DNA of 63,714 nucleotides, filler included, from Rhabdomonas costata (lineage: Eukaryota): assembly GCA_019059605.1 (NCBI GenBank). It is 23 parts of 23 records of this genome, joined end to end, with 100 filler letters (N's around TTAATTAATTAA, not from the genome) between each part and the next. Parts side by side here need not be neighbours in the genome. Positions count along the whole stretch, not along the records: positions 22,232 to 24,904 come from JAHMHO010002399.1; positions 25,005 to 27,676 come from JAHMHO010002400.1; positions 27,777 to 30,446 come from JAHMHO010002401.1; positions 30,547 to 33,220 come from JAHMHO010002402.1; positions 33,321 to 35,991 come from JAHMHO010002403.1; positions 36,092 to 38,762 come from JAHMHO010002404.1; 17 more parts are not named here. One strand, given 5' to 3'. The first letter of the stretch is position 1. Every line of letters starts with the position of its first letter. Below are positions 23,761 to 36,113 of the stretch, piece by piece. The notes under the pieces are model-generated. The model searched no databases and had not been told where the DNA came from. It saw only the letters and a program-made list of their open reading frames with translations. Made by a program: the position numbers and the translations under genes.

Positions 23761-25405
23761 ACTCGCCTCCAGGTCGTTTTCCGGGCTTTGACCGCGGGTT
23801 GTCGGTGACACACGATGCGTCGGCAATCCCTGAGGCCGGAAAGTTCTGAAACAAGCACCAGGCATACGTGGCCCCAAAAACCCAGGTACCTCGTCGACAG
23901 ACCTTGGTGGCCAACGGCCCTTCGGCTCGCTACTCCGGCGTTCGAGCTATGAGCAGAACCAGAAGACGTCAGTCCGGAAATGCGGTTCAATGCCCGGATG
24001 GGCCCGTTCAAATGAATACGGCTTCGGGATCCGCCTTGATACCCATATACTGGCAATCCGTTTTGCCCTCTTTTTAAGGGTCTTCCGCCGGCAAACTAAA
24101 AGGGAATCAGCTGCGGTCGTAACGACGGAAAGTCCAGAGATAGAGGATGAAAGGTCCGACGGTTCGAATCCACCACGGCTGGGCTATGCGTTCGGTATGA
24201 ATTACCCCTGACTCTGCGGGGTGGAAATGCGGCAGTCGGTCTCAGCTGCGGGGGAAGTTCGGCAGATGGAGGGAAGGAGGGAGAGGAAGAGATCCCAGTA
24301 ACACCATGGAGTTTTCGGTTCCTTGAGTTTTATTCATTAAGCAGAAGAACACCCGCATCAAAGCCCCCTAACCAAGCGTAGCCCCACCAGCAGGCTACCG
24401 TCCCAACCACGGCGGGTGCCATCTAGACGCCGCCGACGTTCGTATGAAACCCGTAGGTTCCACAACGTGTATGCAAGATAGTTCATGAATTGGAAAAAAG
24501 CGCAATGTAAAGGAGAAATGCCTTTACCTTTAATAGGATCTGTCCGCACCAGGAACGGTGCGCGCGCATTATTGTGGATGCGGAAAGAAATATGACAGAA
24601 AACATTTTATGGTTGTTTCGAACCAATTCAGACTCGTCCTCTATTTCTCAAGAACTAGCAGGCAAACCACGGACTGCCAATGCGAAAAATTGGTCACACA
24701 CTTTTCACATGCCGCTTTGGCCTGCTCTCAAGTTGCAGACATTCCTTCAATTGAGTTGTCAGCAGTCGCCAGCCAGCCGCTGAAAGGTTTAGCCTCACAG
24801 CTGATTCTTTTGGTGCAAGGTTCCACAGCCCTGCATCAGCTGGGGCACTGGCTGCGCAGGATCTCAAAGATGAGCATCCGCCATAGCTTCAGCACAACCA
24901 CCCCNNNNNNNNNNNNNNNNNNNNNNNNNNNNNNNNNNNNNNNNNNNNTTAATTAATTAANNNNNNNNNNNNNNNNNNNNNNNNNNNNNNNNNNNNNNNN
25001 NNNNTGTTGGTTGGGGTTCAAGGACCGAGTTAAAGGAATCCAACCCCGCCTCTGTTTCCACTTGCATTAATGAGGGTGGCAGAAAAGGAGAGACCGACGG
25101 GAAGGGAGAGGCAACTCAAATAACCACGGAAATTACCGAACACCCAGGCCCGATTGAGAGAAAGGCAGTGCTGTGGGGTCTGTGTTTCCATCTTTTGCTT
25201 TCAAGCTGGTTTCAACTGACTGCCGCAAAGAGAGGGAAGGGGGGAGGGTCAAAGCGTGAGGCACTGTATAAAGTGGCAACCCTGCCTTTTGTTTTTTTTA
25301 ATTTTCCCTAGATCTCCGAGCTCTTCTTTGCTACTTTCTTTTTGGTTGTGACTGGGTCCTCCGCACTTGGCAAAAATTGCGCAGTGTTTTCGTTCCCCCC
25401 AGGGA

Positions 25406-26461
25406 ATGCCGCCTGCTCCTTTCTCACTTCTTGCTTCTCTGGGTACCCGCCTTGGTTCATCTTTGGTGCAGCGTCGGTCACTGACGACCACAACGACCAC
25501 AAGGAGCAGAGGAGTCCCAGAGGATGGCCGGGGGGTTTGTTCCTTTGCGTGCTTCTTTTCATGCTGTTTTTTTTCCGAGCTGTTCTTGGTTGCTGCATCC
25601 CCTCTGAATGAAGAGGCAAGCCCTCCTTCCCTCCTTCATCCCTCACTTTTGCAGAAGCGCTTGTCCGCGTACAACCTGTATGTCCAGGAAGCGTTCCAAA
25701 CTGGGAGCATACGGGAGCTCCCTGCTTCAGAGAGACTTCGAGCCATCGGTATTCCGCGTTTGTCCCGCAGGCGGGTGTTTCTCCTTGAATCGGGTTTGTG
25801 GGCTCGTGCTTAACGGAAATGGCGTGTTTGGAACAACCCTGGGTGTGTTCGTCAAAAAGTCGTCACAAAGACTAACCAAGGTTTAGCTGGATTGGGATGG
25901 ATTTGGAATTAGATGGAATCAGTATAACTGCGCAGCCCACTACAACTGCTAACAGCGTATTTACTCCTGCAAAAGTTGCCGTGGAGAGTGTTATTGTGTG
26001 GCAAGAAGCAGGCTGTGACTTGGCAAACCTTTTCGCTGATATGTGGCCATTTAAGCGGAGTTTCCCACAGCACCCAGAATGTCGTCAACACACCTGGGTT
26101 CGAACCGTTTTTTCACTCTGCGCCAACGTCGTTTCCGGACTGGAGCTAAATGACGTCAATCGTGTCATTCGCACAAATGGCGCCGGTAAGTTCGTTTCGT
26201 TGCTTGCCGGGATGCACACCTGAAAAACAGTCGCAACCGAAGGAATGTAAGTAACCCACCACGCAGCTGCGAACTGGAGAAAGCTCTCTGAGTCAGAGAA
26301 GGACCGCCTCAGGGTCCGCGCCCAGCAGCTCGAGAGCAGGCAGCCGCAGCCAGAGCTTCAGGGCGGCGGCGGAGGTGGAGTCCCTCCCCAGCCCTTGGTG
26401 GCAACCCAAGCCGACAGCCCAGACCCTTCCGCAGCGCAGAGCTCCGCTGAGCCCGCTGCCG
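25406..26461 (+). CDS. HMG-box protein with a putative N-terminal mitochondrial presequence; exons 25406-~25534, 25655-25748, 26267-26461; possible further exon ~27572-27676
   Basis: MPPAPFSLLASLGTRLGSSLVQRRSLTTTTTTRSRG..|KRLSAYNLYVQEAF...ELPASERLRAI|AANWRKLSESEKDRLRVRAQQ matches the HMG-box pattern SAYxLY...WxxLSxxEK. Phases are consistent. Confidence 0.8.
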
Positions 26462-28058
26462 GTGTGCGTCCCATTGCACTCCCTGCGCTCAGTTTCCTCA
26501 GGATTCTGCAGCAGTGGAACGTGCCATTTGCATTGAAGGACAGCATTGGTTTGTCACGTGGTTTTGTTGAGGACGTGAGTTTCGTCACAGAATCGCTGAG
26601 TTAAGCTGGAACTTCATCAAACCCCCGGAATGAACCGTATTTTTATTAATTTATTTTTAATCATTCGTATTACAGTCTTGCGGTGCTTTTGTCGTTATTG
26701 AGCAGGGGAAGAGACACAGCTCCCGTTCTCCGTTTTAAATATCCAGCTCTGCGGTCCTTCGCTGGTGGTGAAACGAACGTTCGAAGGTGTTGGCGTGTTT
26801 TTCAAACAATCGCACCTCCATGCTGCTGGCGTCCTCTTTCTACGATCTCAGGGAACTGCTCTACCTCGAGACCTGCAAATCTGCCTTTTCAGATTTCCCT
26901 GGCACATGCGGTGTCTTTTTATTAATGTTTTTCATTCTCGCTGCTGTTTTGTTTTCTGGTCCACTGCGTGTTTTTGTTGGGTTGCTGACAACGTTGCCTT
27001 TTTTCGTTTTATTTTACAAGTTTTTCAATCTGCTCCGAACCTTCCTATCAACGACGTTTTTCTTTTGCTCAAATGACCTCAGTGATGTTCGTTCAGTGAT
27101 AATCGTTGCTGTATTCACAGGGTTGACATACTCATGTTTTAGCATGGCATGCGATAAAGAAGGTTGCACATCGTTATAACCAGGTATGGTTTGCTGTTTC
27201 CCCAGCGAAACAGAGGGAGGGGGGGGGGCGACTTGTCTCTGTTTCAAGCGTGTCGATCGAAACAATGATTTTTAGTTTGGTGCAAAAACCTCTGCCTTGA
27301 CACGCTCTGTGACATTGCCGCATTAAGTTACCACTATTCGGTTGGAAGAAAGCATGAAAAAAAAAGGTAACAACATTGGAGCAAACGCAAGGTCCAGCAC
27401 TGAAATTAAGGCACAGCGCAGCAGCACATTTGGTAAGGTATGAAATTCGCAATTTTCTTTTTTTTAATTCGTTTTCTTTTCAACGTTATCATAATTCAAG
27501 GGTTCGGGATGGTTGGTAATGCCTGCCTGTCTGTCTGTCTGTCTGTCTGCCTGCCTGCCTGCAACACTCAGGCGATTCAGAGGACTCTGCAGACGTTCTT
27601 CCACCGGCCGCAGTGGCAATACGTGCGGGACCTTCTCCGCCAGCGCCCTGAGCTTCGCGCCCTTCACCCCCCAACCNNNNNNNNNNNNNNNNNNNNNNNN
27701 NNNNNNNNNNNNNNNNNNNNTTAATTAATTAANNNNNNNNNNNNNNNNNNNNNNNNNNNNNNNNNNNNNNNNNNNNTGGGGGCGCCCATTCGATGGTTTA
27801 GGGGTTTGCCCTGCGTCGTCTACTTGGGATGGGTTGGAGGGCGAGCGCGGTTGTATGTGTTTCATAATTGACTGTAACCTTGAGTCGTTTCTTTGAGGTT
27901 GCTTGCACAGGCTTTCCTCTGGACACAGCCACCAGTAAAACCGTGAAGCTAACGCCTTTCACATATTCGGTGTGGTGGTGGTCTGTGTTCGGTGTGCTGT
28001 GGATGTGTGTTGGTGTGAGCGGCTGTGTGAGCGCCTTTGTGACGGGTGATCTGCGCAG

Positions 28059-30244
28059 GTGGCCGGAACAACAAGAAGCGGCTGTCCACGGTGGAGCGGT
28101 ACGATCCGCTTACTCGGGAGTGGAGCGCCCTGCCCCCAATGAAGACCATCCGGAGGTTCGTGTGGGGCGGTACTTTGCGTACAATGGACGTGCACGCTTG
28201 GGCCAAAATTTGCAGGCCCCCAGCGGGAACGCTGAGCTGCACATGATATGGGACTCGTGAAGCCAACGGATGTCACGCGTCCTCTTTTTCATGTGTGTGG
28301 TCATATGACAAGCTTGGGTGAACCTCTCCTCCGCTCTCTCTCTCTCTCTTCCTTTTGTGAGTTTTTTCGGATTGACGAGTTCGATTGATTTTTTCGGATA
28401 ATTTTTGGAAACGCTGTTTGCCATATCCCTTTTCTTCGTTTCGCTCCGTTGCCGTCGTATGAGCGTTTTGAACAGACTTTGCCACTATGTGTGTATTTGC
28501 CTGGTTCTATTTGCCTCGCAGTGCGCCCGCCGTGGCGGGGTTTCTGGGGTGCCTGTATGTCTTCGGGGGCTACGACGGGAAGGTGGAGCACCGCACCATT
28601 GAGAAGTTCGACACCCTGACCGGGCAGTGGTGCAGCCCCAGCTCCGCGGGGATGCCCGTGGAGGCCTGCGAGGTCTCCGCGGTGGTGCTGGGGCCGGACA
28701 TCTACATCATCGTATGCCCTGCGCCGCATCCCACCCCGCTTCTCCGTGTCCACCTGTCCACCGCAGTGAGCAGAGCCGTTCGCCGTAGGCTGCGGCCTGT
28801 CCGACTCACTTTCCCAGCCAAATGGAGCCCCGCCACCCCTACCCTCCGAACCCCATTCACCCACACCCGCTCACAGGAAGGTATGGAGTGACCCGCGATG
28901 CTTGCGTTTTGATCGGTTTGACCGAAATGGAATGAATCCGGTTGCACACCAAACGGTTTGCACCATTGCTGATTGTGGGTTGTGGCTTTTTTGGTGTGCT
29001 TGTTTTTGGGGCTCGTTCTCGTTGCTTTGGTCTCCCCCTGCGTGTGCGGTTGTGCAGCACACTTCAGCAAGCACCACAGAAGGGAGATAAGGCGGCATTG
29101 GAACGCCCGGCTGTGTGGTTGTGGTTGAGATGTTGAGATCCGAAAGTGTGACGTTATTCTTGGGGGCTGGAGGGGTGGGGTGCATTTCATCGGTGTTCCT
29201 TCCCGAAGGCGGGTTTGTATTTTCACGTGTGAAACTTCGGTTTAGGTCCAAGGCATCGCAGCCCCCCACTCCACCCCGCACTCTAGCTTCTAGCTGAAGT
29301 GAGGCCGCGCGCTGAGCACTGGCTCATCCGGAGACCTTGTCAACAAAGGGAGCTTCGATTTCTGATGAAATGAGCTGGCATAGACTGGGTAAGTGGACAG
29401 AAGTGGATCTGATGCCTGTGGTATGTATAGCCGGCAACGCAGCGCAGGATATCCGAATTCCCCCCACCTTTTTGCATGGTAGCCGTCGCTCACTGCAATC
29501 CCTCTTATGCCTTTGATTTGTGGTGGGGATCAGTGGGGTGGGGGGCTTTCGTTTTCCAGGGCGGCACGCAGTCCCGGTACTCGCAGCAGGAGAACGTGCT
29601 GGCGGTGTGCCAGAAATACACCCCGGCGGAGGATCGCTGGACCGTCGTCAGCCCCATGAAGCACAAGCGGATGGTGTGTGCGTGCATGCGTGCTTGTGTG
29701 ATTCTGGTGCCGTGGAAAGGCAAGCCAAAAATCTCTCACCCCCCCCCCCCTTCCCCAAAAAGTGAGGCCGCGGCCTGGCCCAGGTGATTTTTTTGCCCTT
29801 CTTCTTGAGAAGAAGCATTGTCTTCTGATGATGTTTGCGGAGAACGTGACGAGCATAAATTGACTGCGCCTCTCCCCCTCCGCTGAAGCCCGTGCCTGAC
29901 GAGCCAACAGAGGGCATTAAGAATTGTGTGTCCTTCGACAAAGAGGACGCATTCTGGCTGTTACTGTTGATCCCATTGGCGGGCTAGAGCAAGGAGTGGC
30001 GGCATGTTAGCGAGTATAGCCTGAGCGCGCATCCACTGTACCTGTGCATGGTGTTTTGGCTGAAGCCGTTCCTCTTCTTTTTGTGCAGTGTCCAGCGGCA
30101 GCCGTGCTGCACGGGAAGATCTATGTCATTGGGGGCAGCAACGGGGTGGCCAGCCTGGACGTGGTGGAAGTGTACGACCCCCGCACGGACAGCTGGCAAT
30201 CCTCCCCACCGATGAACATCTGCCGCTCCAACGCCACAGCCTGC
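28059..30244 (+). CDS. Kelch-repeat protein, internal exons 28059-28155, 28522-28711, 29560-29673, 30089-30244
   Basis: Four kelch repeats (YVxGG...VExYDP...W...PM...R). All introns are GT-AG and phase-consistent. Confidence 0.95.
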
Positions 30245-30546
30245 GTACGCTACCGCCCCCCCCCCCGGTCCCGACACTCCTCCCCTCTTCCTTCCGTCCT
30301 TTCTGAGAAATCCTATTTTTTAAGACGTGGTGTGGTGTTTCTGAGGACAATAGATGTCCTTCAGTCCCATTGGTCATGCCTCCAGCTTCTGGACAAGGCC
30401 AGGCATATTCGCCACACGAAAAATAAAAAATGAGCCTCACGACATCNNNNNNNNNNNNNNNNNNNNNNNNNNNNNNNNNNNNNNNNNNNNTTAATTAATT
30501 AANNNNNNNNNNNNNNNNNNNNNNNNNNNNNNNNNNNNNNNNNNNN

Positions 30547-32383
30547 GGACCACCTGGAGCAGATCGTTGATCTCCGAGGTCAGCGTCCTTGATTACGTGC
30601 TCTCCTCTTCTGTGAGCTTGTTTTTGTTCTTATCGTTGTGGTTTTGAGGCAATTGTGCAGTGTCTTCGCGCTGCTCCTCCTGCTCTCTCTAAGGCACTCC
30701 CTCCGAGGACCAGGTCCGCAGCGTGGATGCAAAGGAGTACATTCAAAAGAACCTCATCGGGCGCCCTGGCATGGACTTGTCCACGATGCTACACAGCCCT
30801 GATGGCACGGCGATTCCGAAGAAAGTCGTGGAGCTTCTCGACTGGGTGCTGCAGTTCAGCCCCACGAAGCGGCCGACAGTGGAGGAGGTGATGCAGCACG
30901 CGTTTTTCTCGGAGCACTACGACCCCGAGGACCTGCAGGTGTGTGCATGAGATGCCTCTGAGAAGCCTCTGAGACTGGGGGGGGATCTCTGGCACCTGTG
31001 CTTTTTTTACCCGATTGCGGTTGAGTATCTCTTTTTGTCTTTTGTTTGTTCGTTGTTTTTGTGTTGTGAGATGTTCGTTTCCGTTGGTTGCGGTTTTCGC
31101 CCGACGATTTCATAACCTGGTATGGTGATGATGGACGGGTTGCGTTTTCCAATGCTCCTAGGTAGATTTTTTCGTGGAATCTGCTGGTTATATTCACGGC
31201 CTTCACATGGAATCGGGTGGGCATGAACTCCCTGCGGGCCTAATTTTTACGGCAGATTCCCAGGGACGCGTTCCGCGAGCTGGACGACCTGGAGCAAGCT
31301 GCCGTGGACAAGGCCGAGGCCCGTGCCGCTCACGCCGCTGAAGAGCAATCCTCCACCCCCACAGCAGCTAAGGTTAGTTGCCAGCATCTCTTCAGCTCTT
31401 TCTTTCTCACGCAATCGCTCCCTGCATACCCCACTTCGCTGAGATCCGGGCATTCTGGCTTCGATGGGGCGGATATCCTTCCATCGTCAGCACCTGCCTT
31501 GCAAACCGCATGGCGTCTGCGCACTGCAAAATGCTTGTCGTGCCTCGGGGCAGCCATGTCTCTTTTAGTTTTTTGGTCTACCTTGCCGGGTGCTTTAGGA
31601 GTGGGGGGAGGGGGATGAGTGTCAGGCCTCGAGACTCCTAACTTTGGCCTTTTTCTTCCTTCACCCCGACTGCTGCAGGATTGTTCTGGTCAAGTCGATA
31701 TGGAGACTGAGGTCATTGAGCTCTTCATTGTGGCCTTCTCCTCGGATCTCCGCCGGGGCCTGGACTTTTCTTCCCCTGCGAATCGAGCGGCGGTCGAAGA
31801 GGTTGGATCGGGGTTCGTTCTCTCTGTGGGGTTTAAGAAGCCGGAACCGAGCTGGTGTCCTCTAATATCGAGTTCAATGGGACAAGACCTCTATCTGTCA
31901 TTGGTTCCGGAGCGTGTGGAGCGGGTGTGAGGAGATGGGGAGATGAAGACGTTTCTGGGCAGTTAATCACTTGCTTGGTGCCTTAATTTTAGTTTCTTTA
32001 GTTGACTGATTTTTGTTTGTTTTCTGTGTCAATTGATGTGTTAGTTGGTTGGTCAGGCGCGTGGTTGAACGGATGCATCGTCAAGCGAAAAGTGATCCAG
32101 GTGAGTTGCCACCTGTTTTGTTGTCGATGATTGTGGAATCATTTCGACGTGATCACAACGTGGCCCCACATCTCTGTAGATCTCCAACGAGGGCCCTGGC
32201 GGCAGTCCCGGCGCCTGCCCTGAGGATGAGAGGATGGCCCTCGGAGAGCAGGAGTGCGGAGTGTCGCTCACGCCCCCGGCCAGTTTTGATGAAGAAAAAG
32301 AAGACGAAGATGGAGACAACGATGACGACAACGTGGCAGATTGCATCGAGGACGTTGACTTCTCTGAGTTGACTCAGGTTTGA
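30547..32383 (+). CDS. CMGC/MAP-kinase-like protein, 3' part with long acidic tail; exons 30547-30578, 30694-30938, 31256-31372, 31679-31801, 32180-32383
   Basis: DHLEQIVDLR|GTPSED...VELLDWVLQFSPTKRPTVEEVMQHAFFSEHYDPED covers subdomains X-XI plus the MAPK common-docking-like HxxxxxxxDPxD. Tail exons were inferred from splice sites and phase only. Confidence 0.8.
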
Positions 32384-32736
32384 ACGCAAAGACCCTGCCG
32401 CTATCTTTGGTTTTCGGGGTTTTTTTCGAGGGGATTTTCGTGTGCTATTCAAAAGGCTATGATGCGCGCGCGTTTTCGGGACAAGGAGTAAAAGGGCGAT
32501 GTAGCGATGCAGCTCCAAAGCGCCAGCATTAATGCTAACTAATACTGCGCCAGCTCCAGTGCCAGCAGCGGGTAGCTCATGCCGCACGTTGCCTTTGGGT
32601 TCTAGCTTCCTTTCCACCTGTATAACTCGATTCGTAAAAAGGTCGCTTGTTACCAACACATGACCCCCTCTACACACACACACACACGCGCGCGCGCGCG
32701 CGCCAAGAAGGGTGAAGACGAGCTCGTGTGTCCCAG

Positions 32737-33089
32737 GAGTGCGATGCTGGCACGGGATGGCATGCAAGTTCCAACGGTGTCCCTTTGTGCACCCAAGGGA
32801 GGAACGCCTGCAACGAACCCGCGTAGAGACGGGCGTTAAGCCGACCGTCGAGCATCGCAAGAAATCAGAGCCGTTATGCTACCACCAACGGGAATCGACA
32901 GTACTCGCAGACGTACATTGCAAAAAGTCAGTTGAGGCAACCCCGAAGTACAGGAGGTTCAGCGGAAGAGGGCAACTTAAGCCCAAACACAACTATAGAG
33001 CGATGTGCTGGCACGGCAACGCCTGCAGGTACCGGTGCTGCCCGTTCACCCATCCGAAGGAGCAGCTCGTGGGGCTGAAGGGAGGTTAA
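32737..33089 (+). CDS. Small protein or terminal exon with two Nab2-type CCCH zinc fingers
   Basis: CWHGMACKFQRCPFVHP and CWHGNACRYRCCPFTHP (C-x5-C-x4-C-x3-H), ending at TAA 33087-33089. Start not resolved. Confidence 0.65.
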
Positions 33090-34469
33090 CCAGATGTGGA
33101 ACGTTCGGCGGTGAGCCGGTTCCGGTTCCCCACGGCACCGTTCGTTCCAACGGCACCCGTGGCCAACAGCGCGTGCGCCAGTCAGTCCACAGTGGTCACC
33201 AACCAGGCAACCACCCCCCCNNNNNNNNNNNNNNNNNNNNNNNNNNNNNNNNNNNNNNNNNNNNTTAATTAATTAANNNNNNNNNNNNNNNNNNNNNNNN
33301 NNNNNNNNNNNNNNNNNNNNTTTCTTTATGGAGAACGTCGTGAAGACGGAGCCTTCAAGACTGAGCTGTATTTTATCCGGCGCACTGGTCACGCCGAAGT
33401 TGATTAAAATGGTTCGGAACTCTGGTGGGTGGTGCACAGCCGCCGGCGGCGCTTGTTGTACTTGACTGTTGCTCCCTCAGAATAGTGCCGCGCGCAATGA
33501 GCTACGTTTCGGTGGTGAGTGCCGTTACCTTTCTTTGCTCTACGAGTCTTCACCAAAAATTGTATTGTCCAATAAAATCGCTTTGTTACTTCTGGTGCCG
33601 GTGCGCGGTGTCAGATTTGACCACCACCAGAAGCCCGCTCCACTCCTGACGCGCAGTTTTTTTTGGTAGCACGATATGTTGCTGTCTTTGGATTTTCTGA
33701 ACCATGCTTTATGGACCCTTCGTGCTTTCTTTGGGTTTCACTATGCCAGCAGAGGGTTTTTGGACTCATGCCTGTATTTCCTTCTACCAGGACAACGTGC
33801 GTTTGCCTGGTCATGATGAGAGGATACAAAACACACGACAACGAAACACCGGTATGTGCCATTCTTTACTGACCCTGCTATATCTGTTCAGCGCAGACTG
33901 TTTTTTTGTTTTTCCTTGGCACTATTTGTTGCCCCTGTCTAGGCAGTAGTTGCGGCAATTGTTAGGTGTAATTTTACGTAAACGGGAGAAGTGAACGTCC
34001 GTACTTTGGAACAGTCAAATGGGTAAGCCCAAAACAGCTTTGGAGGCCACGGAGGTCGGTGAGGGCTGCACGGATCCCAAGAAGGAGGCTGTGGAAGCTT
34101 CGAGGATGGAGAAGAGGGTGCTGGCAAAACGAAAGGTGCGACATTCGCCACTCCCTCTCGTTCTCTGAAGGTTTGTTGCATGCTGGGTGCTGCTCCGTTC
34201 GAACCAATCGCCATTTGAATTGTCATTTGAAATCACCAAAATGGAATAAAATAGAATTTTGGAGTTCATCTTGTCTTCATTCTTGGGTGCTTGCCGTAGC
34301 TTCCCGTTTTGCTTTCTTCGCAGAGGCAACCCCCCTTCTCGGCAGCAGTCGCGTCCATTGAGGCCCGCGTCGCTAAGACGGAACGGTTGGCGATCCAGAC
34401 GACCGGGTACCTGCCGCGTCTACTTTTTTCTCTCACACTCTTTTCTTTTTCGTTCTTTCCTGAAATTTG

Positions 34470-34678
34470 TTAGCGTAGGATGTGCAGATGCATTTCACGT
34501 TTTGGGGAGCCGCCTTGTCGAGGCGGAAGTGGTAGCAGACTCGTGTCGGGGCGCTCAGCAAGCTGGAGGAGTGAATGATCATGTCCACGGCCAGATCACG
34601 TCCGGGGTGCCACTGGCGAAGCGAGAGGTCGGCTGGCCTCCGCTCCGGGTGCTGAGGAAGCCGCTACTCCTTCTCAAC
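34470..34678 (-). mobile_element. Decayed restriction-like endonuclease domain of an RLE-type non-LTR retrotransposon (CRE/SLACS-like)
   Basis: Minus strand VEKE*RLPQHPERRPADLSLRQWHPGRDLAVDMII fits the VxxE...RPADxxxxxWxxGxxxAxDxT pattern of RLE endonucleases. Contains an in-frame stop. Confidence 0.55.
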
Positions 34679-36113
34679 CTGTCTCAAGTGTCAGATTAGA
34701 TTGGGTCCTCTATTCTAGCTTCCAGAAACCCTCCACCTTTCCGTAGCAATGGGCACAACACAAGTGAGAATAGAACATTCCCAGCGCTCTTTGCAAATGT
34801 GATGCCGGCTGTATATATTTGTCTGGTGGTGATAAACACGCTGCCGCAGCGCTGCAGCGCCGCAGCGCTTGTGTCACCTTGTCTATATTCACCTTCTTGC
34901 TGGTTGTTCGAGGCGGGTTCGCACTAATGTATCCTGTTAAATGCACCTCTAGGTCTCCAATGAGAAGCCGCTCTGCTTCTAGCTGTAAGGATGTGGGGAG
35001 TAAGGCCTGCGGGGGCTCTCACACCCTCGTTCCTCGCCACAAGGCTTCCGCGCCTCTCCCGAAGCCAAAGCCGGTGAAGCGGGTGAAGACAAATACTCGC
35101 TAGACCGGATGAATACCACCCTGGGCTCTTGTACAGTAATTTATCTTCCTCGAAAGGCATCATTTTTTCAGCATGAGATTTTTTTGCTTTGGCGACAAGG
35201 CGATGTCTTTGACTTCAGTCTTGGCCGCTTTCTGATTATTGTGATCTGGTTTTGGACGCACTGTCACCCGCTTTTAGTTGCCCGGCAGAATTGGGGGCAC
35301 AACAGCTGAACTGATATGGGCTTCAATCACCAAAATTAAGTCGTGGCGTAACGTAAGAAAAGTCACCCAGCATGCAGAATGGTGGTGACAGAGAGGAAAC
35401 AAAAATGTTTCTTTGCCAGAAGGGTCTTTTCCTCTCATAAGAGAATTTGCAGGGAGCTGGGTTGAGCTGTTTTGCTGTTTTTCTTGTCCCCGGGTTTCAT
35501 TAATTGGTTTGCATGGGACTAGCGATATACGTGCGCTTGGTGATTTCTAGGATGACAGGTGATGCGGCCCGTGATCCTTGGTGCTTTGTTTCTGCCTACC
35601 GCGTTTAACAAGGTGGTTCAGGGTGGAGGGGAGAGATGCATGTCCTCCACGAACCCCCTCCCTGTAATCGCTATAATGCCAGATTTGATTTCCATTTCAT
35701 GGCTTATCGAAGTCCTCAACTTCAGATTGCTGCAAAATTGCTGGCATTGCTGACATTTCTATCTTCGGCAGTTTTTTTCCAGCTCACCGATTCTTGCTTT
35801 ACCGAAGCTTGCTCTACACACTGAGTGAGGCAACTCAGCGTCGCTTGCGTTCCACTGTAGAGAAACTATTCGTGCGCGCACCTTAGCAAGCGTCTGGACA
35901 GGTGCACCACGTGGGGAGCTACCATGATGCCGATGCAGCCCCTGGCGGCGGCGATGCCGCCTATGCCGCCTATGCCGCCCCAAATGCTGATNNNNNNNNN
36001 NNNNNNNNNNNNNNNNNNNNNNNNNNNNNNNNNNNTTAATTAATTAANNNNNNNNNNNNNNNNNNNNNNNNNNNNNNNNNNNNNNNNNNNNGGGGGGTTG
36101 GGGGGAGCCACGC

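Noticed and set aside
24108-24182. tRNA or tRNA-derived SINE suggested by GGTTCGAATCC at 24161-24171
   Set aside because: The T-stem pairs only 2 bp next to the loop, and there is no credible D-arm/A-box or anticodon arm.
32057-32100. Mini-exon with a strong GTGAGT donor inside the MAPK-like gene
   Set aside because: It is incompatible in phase with the flanking exons and introduces a stop.
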